Below are positions 44,983 through 45,436 of a DNA stretch of 45,436 nucleotides, in pieces (position 1 is the stretch's first letter; every line of letters begins with the position of its first letter). The stretch is from a virus (taxonomy: Duplodnaviria > Caudoviricetes), in IMG/VR virus record IMGVR_UViG_3300012971_000010, positions 1 to 45,436 of that record; one strand, written 5' to 3'. Made by a program: the position numbers and the translations under genes. Under the pieces are notes generated by a model, which made no database searches, was not told the origin of the DNA, and saw nothing but the letters and a program-made list of their open reading frames with translations.

Positions 44983-45436
44983 CGCTTTCGCTCACCGACC
45001 TTACGACGCCGATCACCGTCGACGATGCGAAGCGGTCGCTTTACGACGCCCTCGCGGCGCTCGGGGTCCCTACGACGTCTTGGAAGTCGGGGGCGGTCGT
45101 CCGAACGATTCTCGCCGTGTCGGCGGTTATGGATTCGGCGTTTTCCGAGCTCGACGCGAACATTGCGAAGAGCGGCTTTTTAGAGCTCGCTGAGGGCGAT
45201 TGGCTTCGGGCGTGCGCCCTCTACGGATTCGGCGTCGAAGCGATCGAAGCGACCTTCGCGAGCGGGGAAGTCACCTTGACCAATTCGGGCGGCGGGATCT
45301 ACCCGCTCGACCAGGGCGACCTGGTCTTACTCTCCACGGCGGGCAAGCAATATCGAAACACGACGACGTTTACCATTGCCGCGAGCTCGACGATTACCGT
45401 CCCCGTCGAAGCGCTCGAAGCGGGCGCCGACTCGAC
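44979..45436 (+). CDS. Baseplate J-like protein, 5' part (continues at position 1)
   Basis: ATGA start; W..G.V.RT.L, A.G.WL......G....EATFASG.V.LTN; open to the window end. Confidence 0.85.
   Translation, partial: MTLSLTDLTTPITVDDAKRSLYDALAALGVPTTSWKSGAVVRTILAVSAVMDSAFSELDANIAKSGFLELAEGDWLRACALYGFGVEAIEATFASGEVTLTNSGGGIYPLDQGDLVLLSTAGKQYRNTTTFTIAASSTITVPVEALEAGADS
45314..45436. repeat. Terminal direct repeat, copy 2
   Basis: Identical to 1-123. Confidence 0.97.

Noticed and set aside
30247-45313. Transposable Mu-type phage, or a tailocin/eCIS
   Set aside because: No MuA/MuB genes, and full head and packaging genes plus integrase and attP are present
1-45313. Genome-wide stop-codon reassignment
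   Set aside because: Core genes are intact in the standard code and end with TGA, TAA and TAG
45314-45436. 123-bp terminal repeat as a biological DTR
   Set aside because: It falls mid-gene in baseplate J, far from the terminase region; best explained as assembler overlap of a circular sequence

Overview
The window is one apparently complete, circularly assembled temperate myovirus genome of 45,313 bp. Bases 1-123 repeat exactly at 45314-45436, and the junction falls inside the baseplate-J gene. Head and tail genes are Mu-like: TerL, gp29-type portal, I-type protease/scaffold, gpT-type capsid, sheath, tube, a frameshifted tail chaperone, tape measure and baseplate. There is no transposase. 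Instead the phage has a tyrosine integrase and excisionase, an attP matching a tmRNA-type 3' end, a cI/cro-like switch, an initiator with internal iterons plus DnaB, a Cas4-like exonuclease, RuvC and a DNA methyltransferase. A DAG-repeat lipoprotein suggests a Myxococcota host (inference). Five observations stand out. (1) An HExxH metallopeptidase is fused in front of the prohead protease, where Mu-like phages normally have MuF. (2) Two matching triple-operator arrays lie 3,992 bp apart and enclose an uncharacterised six-gene block downstream of the repressor. (3) An adaptor-plus-lectin tail cassette is tandemly duplicated. (4) A compact VgrG-like hub-spike fusion is present. (5) No endolysin is recognisable. 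All family assignments come from motif recognition by eye, not database searches. Several starts were moved from the ORF track to overlapping ATGA/GTGA starts.
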